Shown piece by piece: positions 50,046 through 63,039 of a DNA stretch of 64,000 nt. The notes under the pieces are model-generated. The model had not been told where the DNA came from. It saw only the letters and a program-made list of their open reading frames with translations, and did no database searches. Numbering within the stretch: position 1 is the stretch's first letter; each line of letters begins with the position of its first letter. Source of the DNA: Anthoceros angustus (Eukaryota; Plantae; Anthocerotophyta); assembly GCA_010909165.1 (NCBI GenBank), contig VJWM01000144.1, positions 1 through 64,000 on the forward strand. Direction: 5' to 3'. Position numbers and translations under genes: made by a program.

Positions 50046-52717
50046 AAACCGATCGACCACACCACACTCCCTCCCATGCCCACGCAGAACTACATCTGGC
50101 CACAAATGCGCAACAACGGAAGGCTGCAGAACAAGAAAGGCGCCAAGAAAGGCGACACCCAGACCAGGCAAGGCACGGGACGCACCGAATCCAAGCACCT
50201 CTCAGACGGCGACGACGCAGCCTCCCATCTCCTCGCCCGAGCGACACCCCAGCGAGGCGGAAAGATCAGCAGTAACGCGCGCACGCTTTGTGTCGCATCC
50301 GGACCCCGGGGTTGTCACGACCCGGGCTGTAAGTGTAGAGAGAGCCAGGGAGGTGCTCCGGGTCCTGCCACGCCTGCGCCTGGCTACAAAGCACAGTAGA
50401 ATGTACCGCATACATTCATCGCCACTTCTAGAGAGAGACTGCCGGGGACGTAGCAGCATAAAGGGGCCATCCGTGCCCAGACCCAAATGCACCAACCGGA
50501 CCAGGGCGCAGGGCCCAGGCCCAACGGGATTCTCTATTCCCATCCGTTCATGAACCTGCTCGTCCACGCTCCAGCCTTCTGCTCCTCTTTCAGGACGCGG
50601 ATTTCGGGTCTCTCCTGGAATCGGAAGGCTGCACAGCGCTGTGCCCGAGTTGCAAGATGGGTTACTCTAAAAAACGATATGACAGAAATGACGCACACCA
50701 CCCGCACTTGATCCTCCAAAACATTTCTTCTCCATCCTTCAAAGTTCAAACCGGAGCGCTTTCTCCCACCGTCCCAGGCCCAGGCCCCATCTGGCCAGGA
50801 CGTCACGACTCCACGACTCCACGACTCCTGGCTCCGGCAATCATTGTTGCAGGACCTTCCCGCACTTGCTTCCACGCACACGTGTCCAGCGTTTCCCGTG
50901 ATCAGCATTTGTCGTTCTGCTGCGGTTACCACTCCCCGCCATAAGCTTCTCCTCTTCCAACAACCGGAAACCGGATTAGACTGTTATCTGCTAATTCATG
51001 ATCGCAGTATTGTAATTATTGGATTTATGTACCATGTAGTGATGAGATAAGGATAGAACAGACCGGCTGTATTGAATCCATATGTACACCTACGTGCATA
51101 CATATAAAGCTCCAAAATAGATATTTTATTTTATTTTATGTTGGATAAATAAATCCCTCAATCCAAATTCACCACGGTGGGACCTGACCTTGAGAGGGAA
51201 CATGCCCATTGTCACTCCTCCACTATTCTATGCTCAGACCACAAGACTCCTGAATAGTGCAAATAATGGCACAAGGATTAGAGGGATCTAGTTAGCTACC
51301 TCTGAATTTGACAATTGTCCAGAGGATACAAAGCACATGCATGAATGGTTGAGGCCCGAAAACTAGGCCACCACTCAAGCTACATAAGTAGACAATCAAT
51401 CATCCTACATGTGTTCTTTACGATCTTCAGCTCTAAGGAAAGATTTTTATGACCACATGACATTCGATTTTTTCATAGGTTGAAGTAAATATACAGCTGT
51501 AAAATCATCAAAAGACTTCGAGTTTTACTAAGGTCAAAATGGGCCGGTCCTTTTGGAGTTAATATAAAAAAACCCTTTATTGAAAAACAAGAGATGGGGT
51601 TAACCTATCTACTAGAGGACATCATAGGAAGACCCCAAGAGTCACGTTAGTAAAAAGGAGCAACTAAGCTCCATTACAAAATCACCTATAGGACCTACAA
51701 TGTCATCATAAAAACCAAGGAGATTAATGAATGACCTACATACTACTAAGTTTATCTAAGATGCATCTCTAGTAATCGTCGCCATCCGTAAGATAGCCCT
51801 GCAACTATTGCCTTTGATGGGTAATGCACACCCTATACCGAAAAGCGCCCCTGCAAGCACCCTTTTAAGGGTAATGGATAGCCGTTACCAAAAAAATGCC
51901 CCACTTCGAGTCTCCTTGCATAACACAGAGTATGCTTTGGAGCATTACTTAATAAATTTAAGTAAGTCTTTAGCCAATGCCTAATAAGTGTCCAAGGCAA
52001 GAATCAAAACGTGCTATACGAGAATAATTTTATAATTTTAAATCATTATTTCTTCTACAGGGATATATTTTCTCAAACCATGTTGTGATGTTATTTATTT
52101 GTTCCAAATATCTTGACCATATTTTCTTAAGCAACTCTATTACAAGCATATTACTTTGTTCCGGATATCTTTCTGTGAACCATATTATGTATGAATCAGT
52201 GACAAATAATACAATTTTAATCGTGCCTATGAGAGAAATGACCAATAGGGCTAGGCATAGAGCCATAACAATTACTTGCTCGGGCCCGTAGTAGGCAAGC
52301 TTGTAGCCATAATTATCCATATTAGGATCAAGCATTCCAAAATCTCTAGCCATATGGAATGTTGTTATCCACGTATAGCAAAACACAAGCCAAAAATAGG
52401 GTAGGAACTTCTCAACAAGAGAAGTGATCAATTAACAAATGAGCATAAACATAAAAACAAGAGTAATGAGCATTACGCGAGACGAATAGTTACTTTTCAG
52501 TAAGAGTAGTAAGCACTAGCAAGATCAATAGGAACTTTACAACAAGAGCTGTGAGCAACAGGCAAGATGAGTAAGAATTTCACAACAAGGCGAGATGAAC
52601 CATATTATTCTCAAAACATGACCATACAGTTCACCTCTAGAAGCTTTTATATAGGAGACTAAGCTACCCTATTAACCCCTCAATGGTCAAGGAGCTTTTG
52701 AGACTTTTTGTTATTCG

Positions 52718-52935
52718 GGTTGAGAAGACATCCAAAGTAGAAAACTTAATATAATAGTATCACACACGAACACCAAAGAGACATATGGGTGAGTGTTTTC
52801 GGGTTAAGAAGTCATCCAAAGTAGAAACCTTTATAAAGTATCACACACAAACTCCAAAGAGACATATAGGTGACCATTCTTGGGGTAAGAAGACATTCTA
52901 AAGTAGAAACCTTAATATACTATCACACACGAACA
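52718..52935. repeat. ~81-bp tandem repeat, ~2.7 diverged copies
   Basis: agaaga(c/g)at(c/t)c(t)aaagtagaaa...tatcacacac at ~52725, ~52806 and ~52886. Confidence 0.85.
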
Positions 52936-53139
52936 TCATTAATGCCTATTTAGTATTATATGAACCTATTCCACTAATCTGTAGAATACTTTAGTTGTAT
53001 CATCTTCACCCCTTGTTCAAACTTAGCTATAAACCACAAGATCAAGTCTCTCCCTACACAAAGGATGAGAAGAAAAGAGGAAACCCTAAGAGCCATAAAA
53101 AAGCCATTTTATAAAGACCTCGAGGAAAAATCTATCACA

Positions 53140-53305
53140 AAGCAAAAAGCCATGCTTAAAAAACTTTTCATCTAAGTTAGGAGTCTTCTTCTTTGTTGCA
53201 AAAAGTTATGCTTAAAAGTCTTTCTGTCTAAGTTAGGTGTCTTCTCCTTTGTTGCAAAAAGCCATGCTTTAAAGTCTTTTCGTCTTAGTTAGGAGTCTTC
53301 TTCTT
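53140..53305. repeat. ~58-bp tandem repeat, 3 copies
   Basis: aaaaag(c/t)(c/t)atgctt...tct(a/t)agttagg(a/t)gtcttct repeated three times. Confidence 0.8.
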
Positions 53306-53727
53306 CGCTCTTCGCATATTGTTTGAGACTAGAGAACTCTTTAGATAGAGGTAATTGAACAACACACATGTATTTCACAAACTCCTGAAAGCTGTTCCAC
53401 AAAAGACTCCTAAAAGCAGCATGTCCTATCAAGGGAAGAACTTTGGTTACACCATCAACTTCATAATCACAGCTGCAATATATGTGAAATATCAATCTCA
53501 CTTGCTTTAACCAACATCAATATGTTTTGTACACTAATGATACTCCAAATTATGCGCAAGAATAAGACTACTCTAACTATTTATTTTAGTTGCATTGTTG
53601 AAAAAACAATATCTCTAAGCCAAGTTTCACTGTACTTGCTTCCCTCCCCAGGACTTTGTTTAAGGGTGACCAAGCTTGCAAGGAAAGTCACAAACAAACA
53701 ACTTTCTAAGTATGATGCAAAGCTTTC

Positions 53728-56431
53728 ATATAACACCATAATTTTTGAAGGGGGTGAATAATCTCGATGGGGGTTTTCCGTAAATAATCTATGAAGGGGG
53801 TTTTTGATGGGCCCTAAAACAACGTTTATTAGTCATCCCGAAAAACATCTTCGAAAAAAAGGGTGTCACCCAGTAAAGTTACTATTTTCCAACCAGCAAT
53901 GTTTCTGTTGAATGGTGGTCGCAAACTCGAACCTATGGGATTAATGCAAAGTGGGACATGTAAGGAAGGCTGTTTCTGCCGGGAAGAGATGACCGTAAAT
54001 TCAGTTTTGGAAGGAAAATGTGGTTTAGTAAGGACACAACAAAAGCCACGGACAGGGTATTTCCAAAACACGGTAACATCTGGAACCGGACGTACAACAT
54101 TCAGTTTGGGACCCCGGGACAAACCGTAATTTGAGTTTTACTCATCCCTAGAGTCCAATCCTTCGTGATCACTTGGTCCAGCTTTTCCAACATTGTCATC
54201 ACTATCTTCGCATATTGTTTGAGACTAGAGAACTCTTTAGATAGAGGTAATTGAACAACACACAACAAAAGCCACGCAACTCACAGAGCTTATCCCTTAT
54301 CGCTTTTTTGTCCACCGCATATAAATGTTTCCGTGCGTTCAACACAAACCCATAATACAGGATGACTGTTTCATTCATAAATACCTCCTGTATGTTTTTT
54401 GGGTAATGGACCTTATTCCCTTTTTTCCTCGACATTGGACGGATGGGTTGGCACTGGCGGACTATGTATTCTCGACATATCTCCTTCAGACGCACTGTGC
54501 TCGGTCCGATACCAGTGGATAAGAAAGTGAGGTCGTGGTGCATTTACCTTCGCATCAATGACCTCCGTGCACTGCCAGAAACATCCCCTACAAGATTTTC
54601 GTTATGTCCCCATTCATCCGCGCCATTTCCCGCTGTTGCCTTCCCGCATTTTGATATGCCCCCAAGTACATATCACGCTGTGGGAGGTCCCTCAATAATG
54701 CCTCATCCAGCAAAGCTTCATTCGGCACTTGAAATGGTCCGGCTATATGATCCACTTCTGCATGCGAAAACCACTTCCAAGGACGCTCTAGCACTAGCCC
54801 GATGTTATTCTCCACAATGATAGCAATCTCCTTTTGGTCCACCAAAAAGCTTCCCACCACTTGTACTCTTCAGCAGTCACCTATGAACGCAAATCTTTTA
54901 ACCCTTTCTGCAAATGGGCCACACCTTTCGTCGGTGATAGGATACCTGCCGTTCCCTTCTTGTCCCCCCCTAGCTCCACCCGCATGCACCAACGGGTGGT
55001 GCTAGGGAGGCACGGCACCGCACCACTGCCGGTGCATGCGGGTGGTGCTAGGGAGGCGCCACCGACCGCGCCTCCCAAGCACGCCCGCCCATGGGCGCCG
55101 GCCGGCCGGCGCCTCCCAAGCACGCCCATGGGCGCCGGCGCCTCCCAAGCACGCCCATGGGCGCATGGGCGCCGGCGCCTCCCAAGCACGCCCGCCGCCC
55201 ATGGGCGCCGGCCGGCGCCTCCCAAGCACGCCCATGGGCGCCACGGCCGAGGCCCCCCCCCCTAGCACGCCCTGCCCATGGGTTCCCGAACGGAGGAACT
55301 ACTCAGAAAGCTTATTTAATATAAATCTCTAGTATTAGAGAGTACACAAGTCTTTGGGAATTTCCAGCATAAAGACCAAGGGGTCAAAGTCTGCATGGAC
55401 TGTAGTTGGCCAAACAGGCCTGGCATCCATGAATAAACTGGTCCTTTTTTCTAAAGCTTTTTGATTACAGCTTAAAAAAAAAAGAGTAAGCACTACGTGC
55501 CGAGGCGGCGGCCAGAAGGCGTTGGTACAAGGGCGCCGGCCGGCAGGCGCCCTCCCCATGGCCGTACTCCTCATAGGCTGTTTTTTATAAAATAAATAGT
55601 TAGCGGTTCAAATGGTATGCAACTTGGGATAGTTTCTCAAGTGGTTGGGAAGGCAATATAGCAATGAATAGGTCTGAAGTTCAAAACCTTTGCTAGCATC
55701 ACAAAACAACTTCGTTGATTTTAAGGACGCTGGCATGGGCGCATGGGCAACCAACTTTGTTCATTTTCAGGACGTTGGCATTGCCTTAAAGCCCAAATGG
55801 TTGCATTGAGTGCTAGAAGATTGAAGACCACGACTAGCGAGCTTTTGGATGAAGTTGTTGTGTGGCAGTCGACACCATCGGAAGCTCTATACTAATGAAT
55901 ACGAGCAAGTATTGGAGGAGAATGACAACTTTGACGCCGAGGATATGGACCGCCTTCGGAATTTGGCGGTGGTCCTTGACTCAGTATCGGCGCAAGGCAT
56001 GGACGAGTTGCTAGGACGCCCTCTTGAATGACTATTGTTGATGCTAATGACCACTTCCTCCTTTAGTAGTTGTTTATTGCAAGGTTTTCACGAATACTGA
56101 AATGAGACTCTCGCAAGTACAAGCATGATTTTTATTGTGTTCCACCACTTGAAAAGTAAATGTTTTCGGTTGTAATAAACAGATGCAAACGGCAGCCCAC
56201 TATGCATTCTATAAAAACGCACATGGCCCCGCGCCCTACAATGCTCTAGTTCTGGGATGTAGAATTGAAAGTGCGTCTTTTATCAAAGGTATGGACTCAG
56301 AAAGGGTGTGCCCATTATCAAAGCTTGGCAGATATGCTATCGCAGGAAGGCTGTAAACTGTGACAAGGGGGTGCTGTTTCGACCGAAGGGGGTTACTATA
56401 TTGCCCCCCTTCAAAAATTATCATGTTATAT
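53728..56431. mobile_element. 2.7-kb interval bounded by 33-bp imperfect inverted repeats (possible non-autonomous DNA TE, or two opposed retroelement PPT remnants)
   Basis: 53728-53760 (atataacaccataatttttgaagggggtgaata) matches the reverse complement of 56399-56431 (atataacatgataatttttgaaggggggcaata) at 29/33 positions. No convincing TSD or transposase. Confidence 0.35.
54995..55282. repeat. GC-rich ~28-bp irregular tandem repeat with inverted copies
   Basis: gcgcctcccaagcacgcccatgggcgccg occurs about 5-6 times in 55068-55240. Inverted gtgctagggaggc copies at ~54998 and ~55025. Confidence 0.85.
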
Positions 56432-56908
56432 ACTCTGCCTCTTTGGAAGAAAGAGCAATTGTGGCTATACAAATACTATTCTAGGTTGCCCCTCATTGCT
56501 CTCAAAAGCAATGAACATTATGTCATGAGTACGTTAAGATAACCACATGTGGGAAAGATTGACATTGGGGCAAGGGTTAATTGGTCCACAGGAGACTATG
56601 GTGTATGGTAAACAACATGTTATAGTCCTTTACTAGAAAAAATTGGTGGTAACACGGTGCCTTGTTTAGAATTACACTCGAATGTATTCTAAACAAGCAT
56701 GCAAAAACAGATTTGCAAACTCGTCGTTACAAACCTTCATAATTACTAATGGGAATAAATCCTACCCGAAATATTTATCTCCGCAGAACTTCCCCGTATA
56801 ACAAGTTAGTGGAGCTCTCAATTGACACGTCGGCATTCTTTCTCAATATGCATCATACACAAGCACAAAAGAAAGAAAAGGTTGCAGGAAGAGACTTTTA
56901 TATTGAGT

Positions 56909-57413
56909 TTAAGGATTCCTTGTCATCGACTTTGGTATGAAGCTCTTGAAGATCTTGATGGCTTGCATAACTGGAAGGAAATACTTCCGCAAGTTCATTT
57001 CCCACAGTTCCTCAAAAATTTTCAACGGGAAATATTCGGGTGGATTCCTCAGAAATTTTTGCAAACTCTTTTAAATGAGCGGTTGGAGCTTGGTTGTTGC
57101 ATTTCAGCAGCATTCCTTATAGCTCACCAGTAGGTGCAGCTTCAACTTCTTAAGCTCATCGATCATGAGAAAGGTAAGTTCACCGTGAGTGTTCGGATCT
57201 GGATCGATAAGCGATAGACTTGAGCCTAGGTTTGTGAAGATCGAGGAGCTTATTATATGTGGTGCCCATTTTAGGAGATCATGCCGTTGCAGAGTTGTCA
57301 ACACATACTCCTTAAGTGTCATCTATAAGATTGGGAAGGGTTCAAAAAAGTGGAAGAAAGATGAACTTACCTTCATATCAAATTTCACACTATGGAGCTT
57401 AGTTTCATTGGTC
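56909..57413 (-). other. Candidate 3' exons of an unidentified spliced gene
   Basis: Predicted exons 57413-57371, 57322-57129 and 57067-56909 with GT/AG boundaries join to TNETKLHSVKFDMK-MTLKEYVLTTLQRHDLLKWAPHII...ELKKLKLHLL-SLQKFLRNPPEYFPLKIFEELWEMNLRKYF...*. Frame of the last exon is uncertain; no family recognised. Confidence 0.35.
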
Positions 57414-58191
57414 CTCAGACCGACGTATAGGGCAAATAAATCATTTTATTTGAAATAAAAATTTAATATTAAAATTATTATTATTATAAGTATGTGAGCG
57501 AGATAGATACAAATCTATTAGTTATTTCTCGATAAAGTTTATATTGCAACTACATATGTAGGTGTTCTATAGTGATCCCAACGTGTTTTTTTAGTATTCT
57601 TAGGTTACTTTTGCATGAGTTGTACCCTTAATGCAATCCCCCATAGAGTAGCATAGATGCGGTGATTCGGGTTGGAGCCTGCAGCAGTAGTCGATCTTCG
57701 GGTACTTTGCGATGCTGATGTCATCAGGCAAGAAAGAAGCGGTTGGTGGTGCCCCGAATCCGGCCGGTGCTCACTGAATTCTGGTCTTGTGCTGATAACT
57801 GGTCCCCCAAGGTGTGGATTGGTTGAATTTGTTGGGCTCGTGGTTGTGCTTTGTTGCGTGTGGGAATGGGGCAGACACAATTCGAAAGCAAACATTGCAG
57901 AACGGTCTGTAATGCACTGCCAATTGGTGTGGTGTGCTGACATACATGTTTATCAGGGTTCATTTGTCACTGCTGATTGCTGATTCCTAGCAGAGAGATG
58001 AGGATTCGGCAGCAGCATACGCTGTGGGGTGTCACGGGCCCAATGGCGGCTTACCAGCGGGAGCTCATCTTGAATTGGTACAGGTCGAACGTGGCAGGAT
58101 CCCGGTATCCACTGGTCCAGAATTCTGGAGAGAGCTCGGTTGCATCGGACGTCTGGGCGCAGTCGCCCGAGGCGTGTACAAGGAGGGTGAA

Positions 58192-58246
58192 GTCAGGTCA
58201 GGTCAGGTCAGGTCAGGTTGAGTCGGAGTCAGAGTCAGAGTCAGAG
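58192..58246. repeat. Compound microsatellite (GTCAG)5 plus (GAGTCA)-like units
   Basis: Read directly from the sequence. Confidence 0.85.
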
Positions 58247-58326
58247 GATCTTGCTGCACGGGAATCGGTTGTGGGTTGCAAGCGTGGCACTGAGGAGTTG
58301 GATGGGGATCTGGGAATGGCTGCACA

Positions 58327-59170
58327 GGTGGGTGGGAAATTAGTACTGGGTTCTGTGAATTCGATCTCTTGTTGCTGGAAACTGGACTCCTGAATTCTCC
58401 CATTTGGGTCGAGTTCCGTTTTGACAGTTGCTGTTCGATCTGTGCAGGGTACCTTGGGCTTTGAGGATGATTCTGCTCTGGCAGTTTGTAAGGTGGAGAG
58501 TGAGGAATGTGGTCCGGGTTATGTTGCAAAGGTGGGTGGGAAATTAATACTGGGTTCTGTGAATTGATCAGAATTTTCGATCTCTTCATGCTGGAAATGC
58601 TGGACTCATGAATTCTCCCATTTGGGTCGAGTTCCGTTTTGACAGTTGCTGTTCGATCTGTGCAGGGTACCTTGGGCTTTGAGAATGATTCTGCTCTGGC
58701 AGTTTGTAAGGTGGAGAGTGAGGAATGTGGTCCGGGTTATGTTGCAAAGGTGGGTGGGAAATTAATACTGGGTTCTGTGAACTGATCAGAATTTTCGATC
58801 TCTTCATGCTGGAAATGCTGGACTCGTAAATTCTCCCATTTGGGTCGTCGAGTTCCGTTTTGACAGTTGCTGTTCGATCTGTGCAGGGTAGCTTGGGCTT
58901 TGAGAATGATTCTGCTCTGGCAGTTTGTAAGGTGGAGAGTGAGGAATGTGGTCCGGGTTATGTTGCAAAGGTGGGTGGGAAATTAATACTGGGTTCTGTG
59001 AATTGATCAGAGTTTTCGATCTCTTCATGCTGGAAATGCTGGACTCGTGAATTCTCCCATTTGGGTCGTCGAGTTCCGTTTTGACAGTTGCTGTTCGATC
59101 TGTGCAGGGTAGCTTGGGCTTTGAGAATGAGGTGGAGAGTGAGGAATGTGATCGGTGGTATGTTGCAAAG
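58327..59170. repeat. 218-221-bp tandem repeat, ~4 copies (outer copies diverged or partially deleted)
   Basis: gtgggtgggaaatta at 58327, 58531, 58751 and 58972. Shared core gaattctcccatttgggtcg...gttccgttttgacagttgctgttcgatctgtgcaggg. Confidence 0.92.
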
Positions 59171-61299
59171 AAGCCGAGATTGGCCAAGTCTGAGGATGTT
59201 TGTTGTTGTTGTTTTTGTCCTGGGGATTAAGGACCTCATGGTGATTGTGCAGGTCAGGAAACAAGGAGCGTGATGATCGTGGTAAGCATGTTGCAGGTGA
59301 TGTTCGTTCTGATTCTGTCAAGGAGGAAGATGATGCACGGGAGATCGAGAAAGGGACTGTACTTGAAGTGGTCAAGATCTACCAACCATCCAATCCAAAC
59401 CAAAGATAGCGGATGCTTCCGAGATCGCCAAGGCCCTGCGCTTTGAAGACACGACGGGTCCAACTCTCTATAGCACGCCAGATTGATGCCCTGTGAGAAA
59501 GGGTAGTTGTGAATGTGTGTCGTCACTTTTGTGCGTCTCGTCTCTATGACAAATGTTACATGTGGGGAGACCCACGACTTCAAACAACCCGTTCCATCGA
59601 TCATAGTTAGCCCCAAAACGTCCGAGCGACTCATTTGGATCCTTTCATCCTCGTATATGGATCGAAAAATTCGTGATTCTTGGGTGGTTCATAGAGAATT
59701 CTAAGACGCATCCCCCGGTGCAATTGTGCAATCGGAAAGAAAAATGGAGCATTCTTACACCATAGAAACGATGACAGAAGTTGTTGGAAACGGCTGAAGA
59801 TGGGCGCCGCCATAGCTCGGGCTGGGCATGGCCTGGGGTAGGCCCTCTCCCCCTGGCCACCGCATCCCACCTCACGACCGGCAGCCGCACTGCGCCATGC
59901 CAGCTCGGCCTATATGCCGATCTGGTTCCCAATGTGTGGGAGCGGCCAATGAGGGTGCAGTATCTGGCCAGGAGACTTCTACCGCGACACAGTCCAGTGC
60001 ACAAGCTGGCTTTGTAGTTTAGACGCGTCCTCGGTTAGTGAGGAACATTGGTTGGGGACGCTTCGAAGTGTTAGAAGAAGTAAAATTATTATTTCAGATA
60101 AATAGAAATTAATATTCTAAACGCTAGTTGCCCGAAGAAGGATTCTTTTATAGTCCATTTGGATGAAATGTTCGATTATGAGACTTGTTCTTAACATTTT
60201 GTACCACGGTGTACTTAAGCTATTTGCACCAAAGGCATCCACTCCCAGGCACCCAAGGCACCCATCTCAGTACCGATCTAAGTGCATGATGTTTAATTAA
60301 TTCTAATCAAACACTAAACCCAAGTGCAGAGATTCGTGTCACACGACAAGACATGGCCCTCTTCACTATTTTGATTCTACTATAATTTTTGAGCTTAAAT
60401 ATCACACCATGAGTAATTTTAAACAATGCCATCAACGAACCATTGAGATTGGAACGCATTTGCCATAACTTTGAGTTCAAAACTGTAAATTTACTGCAAA
60501 ATAGGGATGTAAGAAAAAATGTTGTATCATCATCACCACAAGCTTGTCACAAGTAAGCACATCATCACGCTTTCTTATAAGCACCGCCCTTGTATTCACA
60601 TGAGCATAAAAAAAAAGACTTACATACTAGACTTAGACAAAGATTTATCTCCATCTCATGATGATCATAATAGAATTTGCACTCACCCTTGTAATCCCAG
60701 AGTTGAATCGCATAATCTTGGTCTTGACAGAGAGACCTTTGGCTAACCCTCACTTAGGAAAATATCTGAGGGGGTAATGATATATGGCATAAACAAGTGC
60801 CCAGAGGGAGAGGGCGTTGGCCGTTCTTGCACCATCCCTACACCCCCGCCCACTCCTCTCAAGCCCTCCTCCGCTTCCTCCCCCTTCCCATCCCTTTGAA
60901 TCCAATACACTATATGATTATACAGCCCTACTTCACCTATACACCCATAACGCAATGAATACTATTACACAACTAAGCTACCCGAAGTGTGGATAATGTA
61001 CTTCACTGGGCAAAGTAAGGCTCAGCAACGGTAACTCTTCAGATGTTTCGTGAGGTGTAGAAGTGGATAGGAAGTGTAAACCGTGTTGAACAAAATAGTG
61101 GTTTTGTCCCGCCAGAAAACATGTTCTAGGATCAAATTCCAATGGGAATCGGACAAAGTGAATGGTGTTGAGCACCTTGCCGATCGGCATGTGGGTATTG
61201 GTAGTTTGACGGCCAAAAGATACAAAGACCTTGCCATTACTATTGCTTGTTGAGACACAATACTATGTTTGCAGCGGTCTCGTGCCATTATTTTGGAGC

Positions 61300-62376
61300 C
61301 ATCCAATCCCATGAGGCGGAGAATATTTCCATAAGGGAAAAATATGAGTCTCTTTTGGCTAAGCACCAATCTTTGGCATGGGACTCGGAGGACGAGGGGG
61401 GTGAGGAGGGCCATGAGGACAAGGGGGATGAGTTCAATTCCATAAAGGATGATCTTATAGATGAGAGATTCAATAGTCCGAATGTTATCATTAGAAAATT
61501 ACAATAGGATCTTAAATCGGCAAGCTCATGGGCTAAAGATTTTGAGGCGTCTTTCCAGGTCAAGTTTGATTCATTTCTTTTGCAAGTCAATGCCTTGCAA
61601 ATTCCTGTTCGTTATGTGGGTTGCTTGTCGAAGGCAGATCTGGCACCTAGTTTGGAAGGCTACAAGTTATTCTCGAGCTTATTCATGCACATAGGGAAGA
61701 AATGCACGGTTATATGGCCGAAAAGTTGCAGGGTTTGGATGATCAGGTTGGAAGACACTCGGAAAGGTTGGTGGAGCAAGGATTACAAAATGAAGTTTTT
61801 TCACGGACCATAGAGGAGAAAGCCATAAATTTGGCAAATCATTTCACTTCAACGAAACAAGTTTTACCTACATATTTGGAGAAGCTTACTGGTAATAACC
61901 TCGTAGGGATTAATGATCCCCCTGCTCCGTCTTATCTTGGTGGCAACACAGTATCGGAAGTTGTTTCCGAGACGGCGGATCGTGCTCGCCATGCTTTGAA
62001 CTTGAGAATTTCTGGTCTTGGTAATGACATTGTTGCACCACTTGTGGCTGCAAAGGAGTTTCTCAATAGGCTAGAGGTCGATGTGGTCGTTCCTTGAGCC
62101 TTCTAGCTTGGAAAGGATCCTGGTAAGGAGCGCATATTGATTATGACTTTTCACTCTATGGATGATCGCCTCCAGGTTATGAAGGCTAGGTCTATGTTAC
62201 GGACAACTCAGTTATATATCAATGAGGATCTTACACCATTGCAACGGAAGACTAAGAAGGAGAAATTACCCGCTTTCAGAGCAAGTCGCGCTGCAGGTCA
62301 AGTGGCTTTCTTTCATGGGAATGAATTGCTGGTGTTTGGCCCTCGTTCACGCAATTTCATTGACCTTGTTGATTGA
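61300..62376 (+). mobile_element. Degraded non-LTR retrotransposon (LINE) ORF1-like sequence: coiled-coil plus RRM/Tnp_22-like C-terminus
   Basis: Fragments MAEKLQGLDDQVGRHSERL...ETADRARHALNLRISGL...LGKDPGKERILIMTFHSMDDRLQVMKARSMLRTTQLYINEDLTPLQRKTKKEKLPAFRASRAAGQVAFFHGNELLV, with stops and a frameshift. The YINEDLT motif context is typical of LINE ORF1 proteins. Confidence 0.65.
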
Positions 62377-63039
62377 TTGAAGATTATTTGTCTTGTTTGA
62401 ATTTTACCTTTACATTCGTCCAGACCATTTTACCGCAATCTATGTAGTTATCATATTTCAATCCCATGACGGAAATCCGTCCTTAGTAGACTTAAGTAAA
62501 ATTCTTTTTCTTCTTCCATGGGGCATATATTCCTTCGCATGCACCTACACAGAAGGTGACCTCACGTGAACATTTATTCTACATGAAATATAATGTTGTT
62601 CTCTCTTTGGTCCCTCCTTGATTGTGGCACGCAACCTAAACGTCGCATCTTTGCCACCAGAAATTTGTCTTTTATGGTTTTTTTTTTTGGTGGAATGCCT
62701 TTGTAGACTGTTTTAAGACCCTACTAAAACCGCCTTCCCAGTATAATAGCTAGCCATATGTCCCATTATAATAGCTAGCCATATGTTTCTTCATGTTATA
62801 AAATATGGTGTTTTCTCGCTTGCTAGTCTATCAGCCAACCCTCGGAGGGGAAGTGGGTTCCGCTTGCTCTAGCTACTATCCAACTAGAACAGTTAAATGT
62901 AGCAAAACACAAGGCAAAAACACTGGGGGAACTTTTCAAGAGTAGTAAGCACTAGCAAGATCCTTCTAGCAAACTACTGGAGCTGCAAATCAATCAAAAC
63001 ATCGACCTGTTGATTGATTGATTGATCAATCTCTCAATA

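Noticed and set aside
52030-52431. 133-aa hydrophobic ORF
   Set aside because: AT-rich TE-like context with no recognisable family or splice support.
54440-54560. Ty3/gypsy RT-like fragment (PIPVDKKVRSW...NDLRAL) and a PBS-like tggtatcgga on the minus strand
   Set aside because: Similarity is too short and weak to support by eye, and no downstream YxDD was seen; needs an HMM search.
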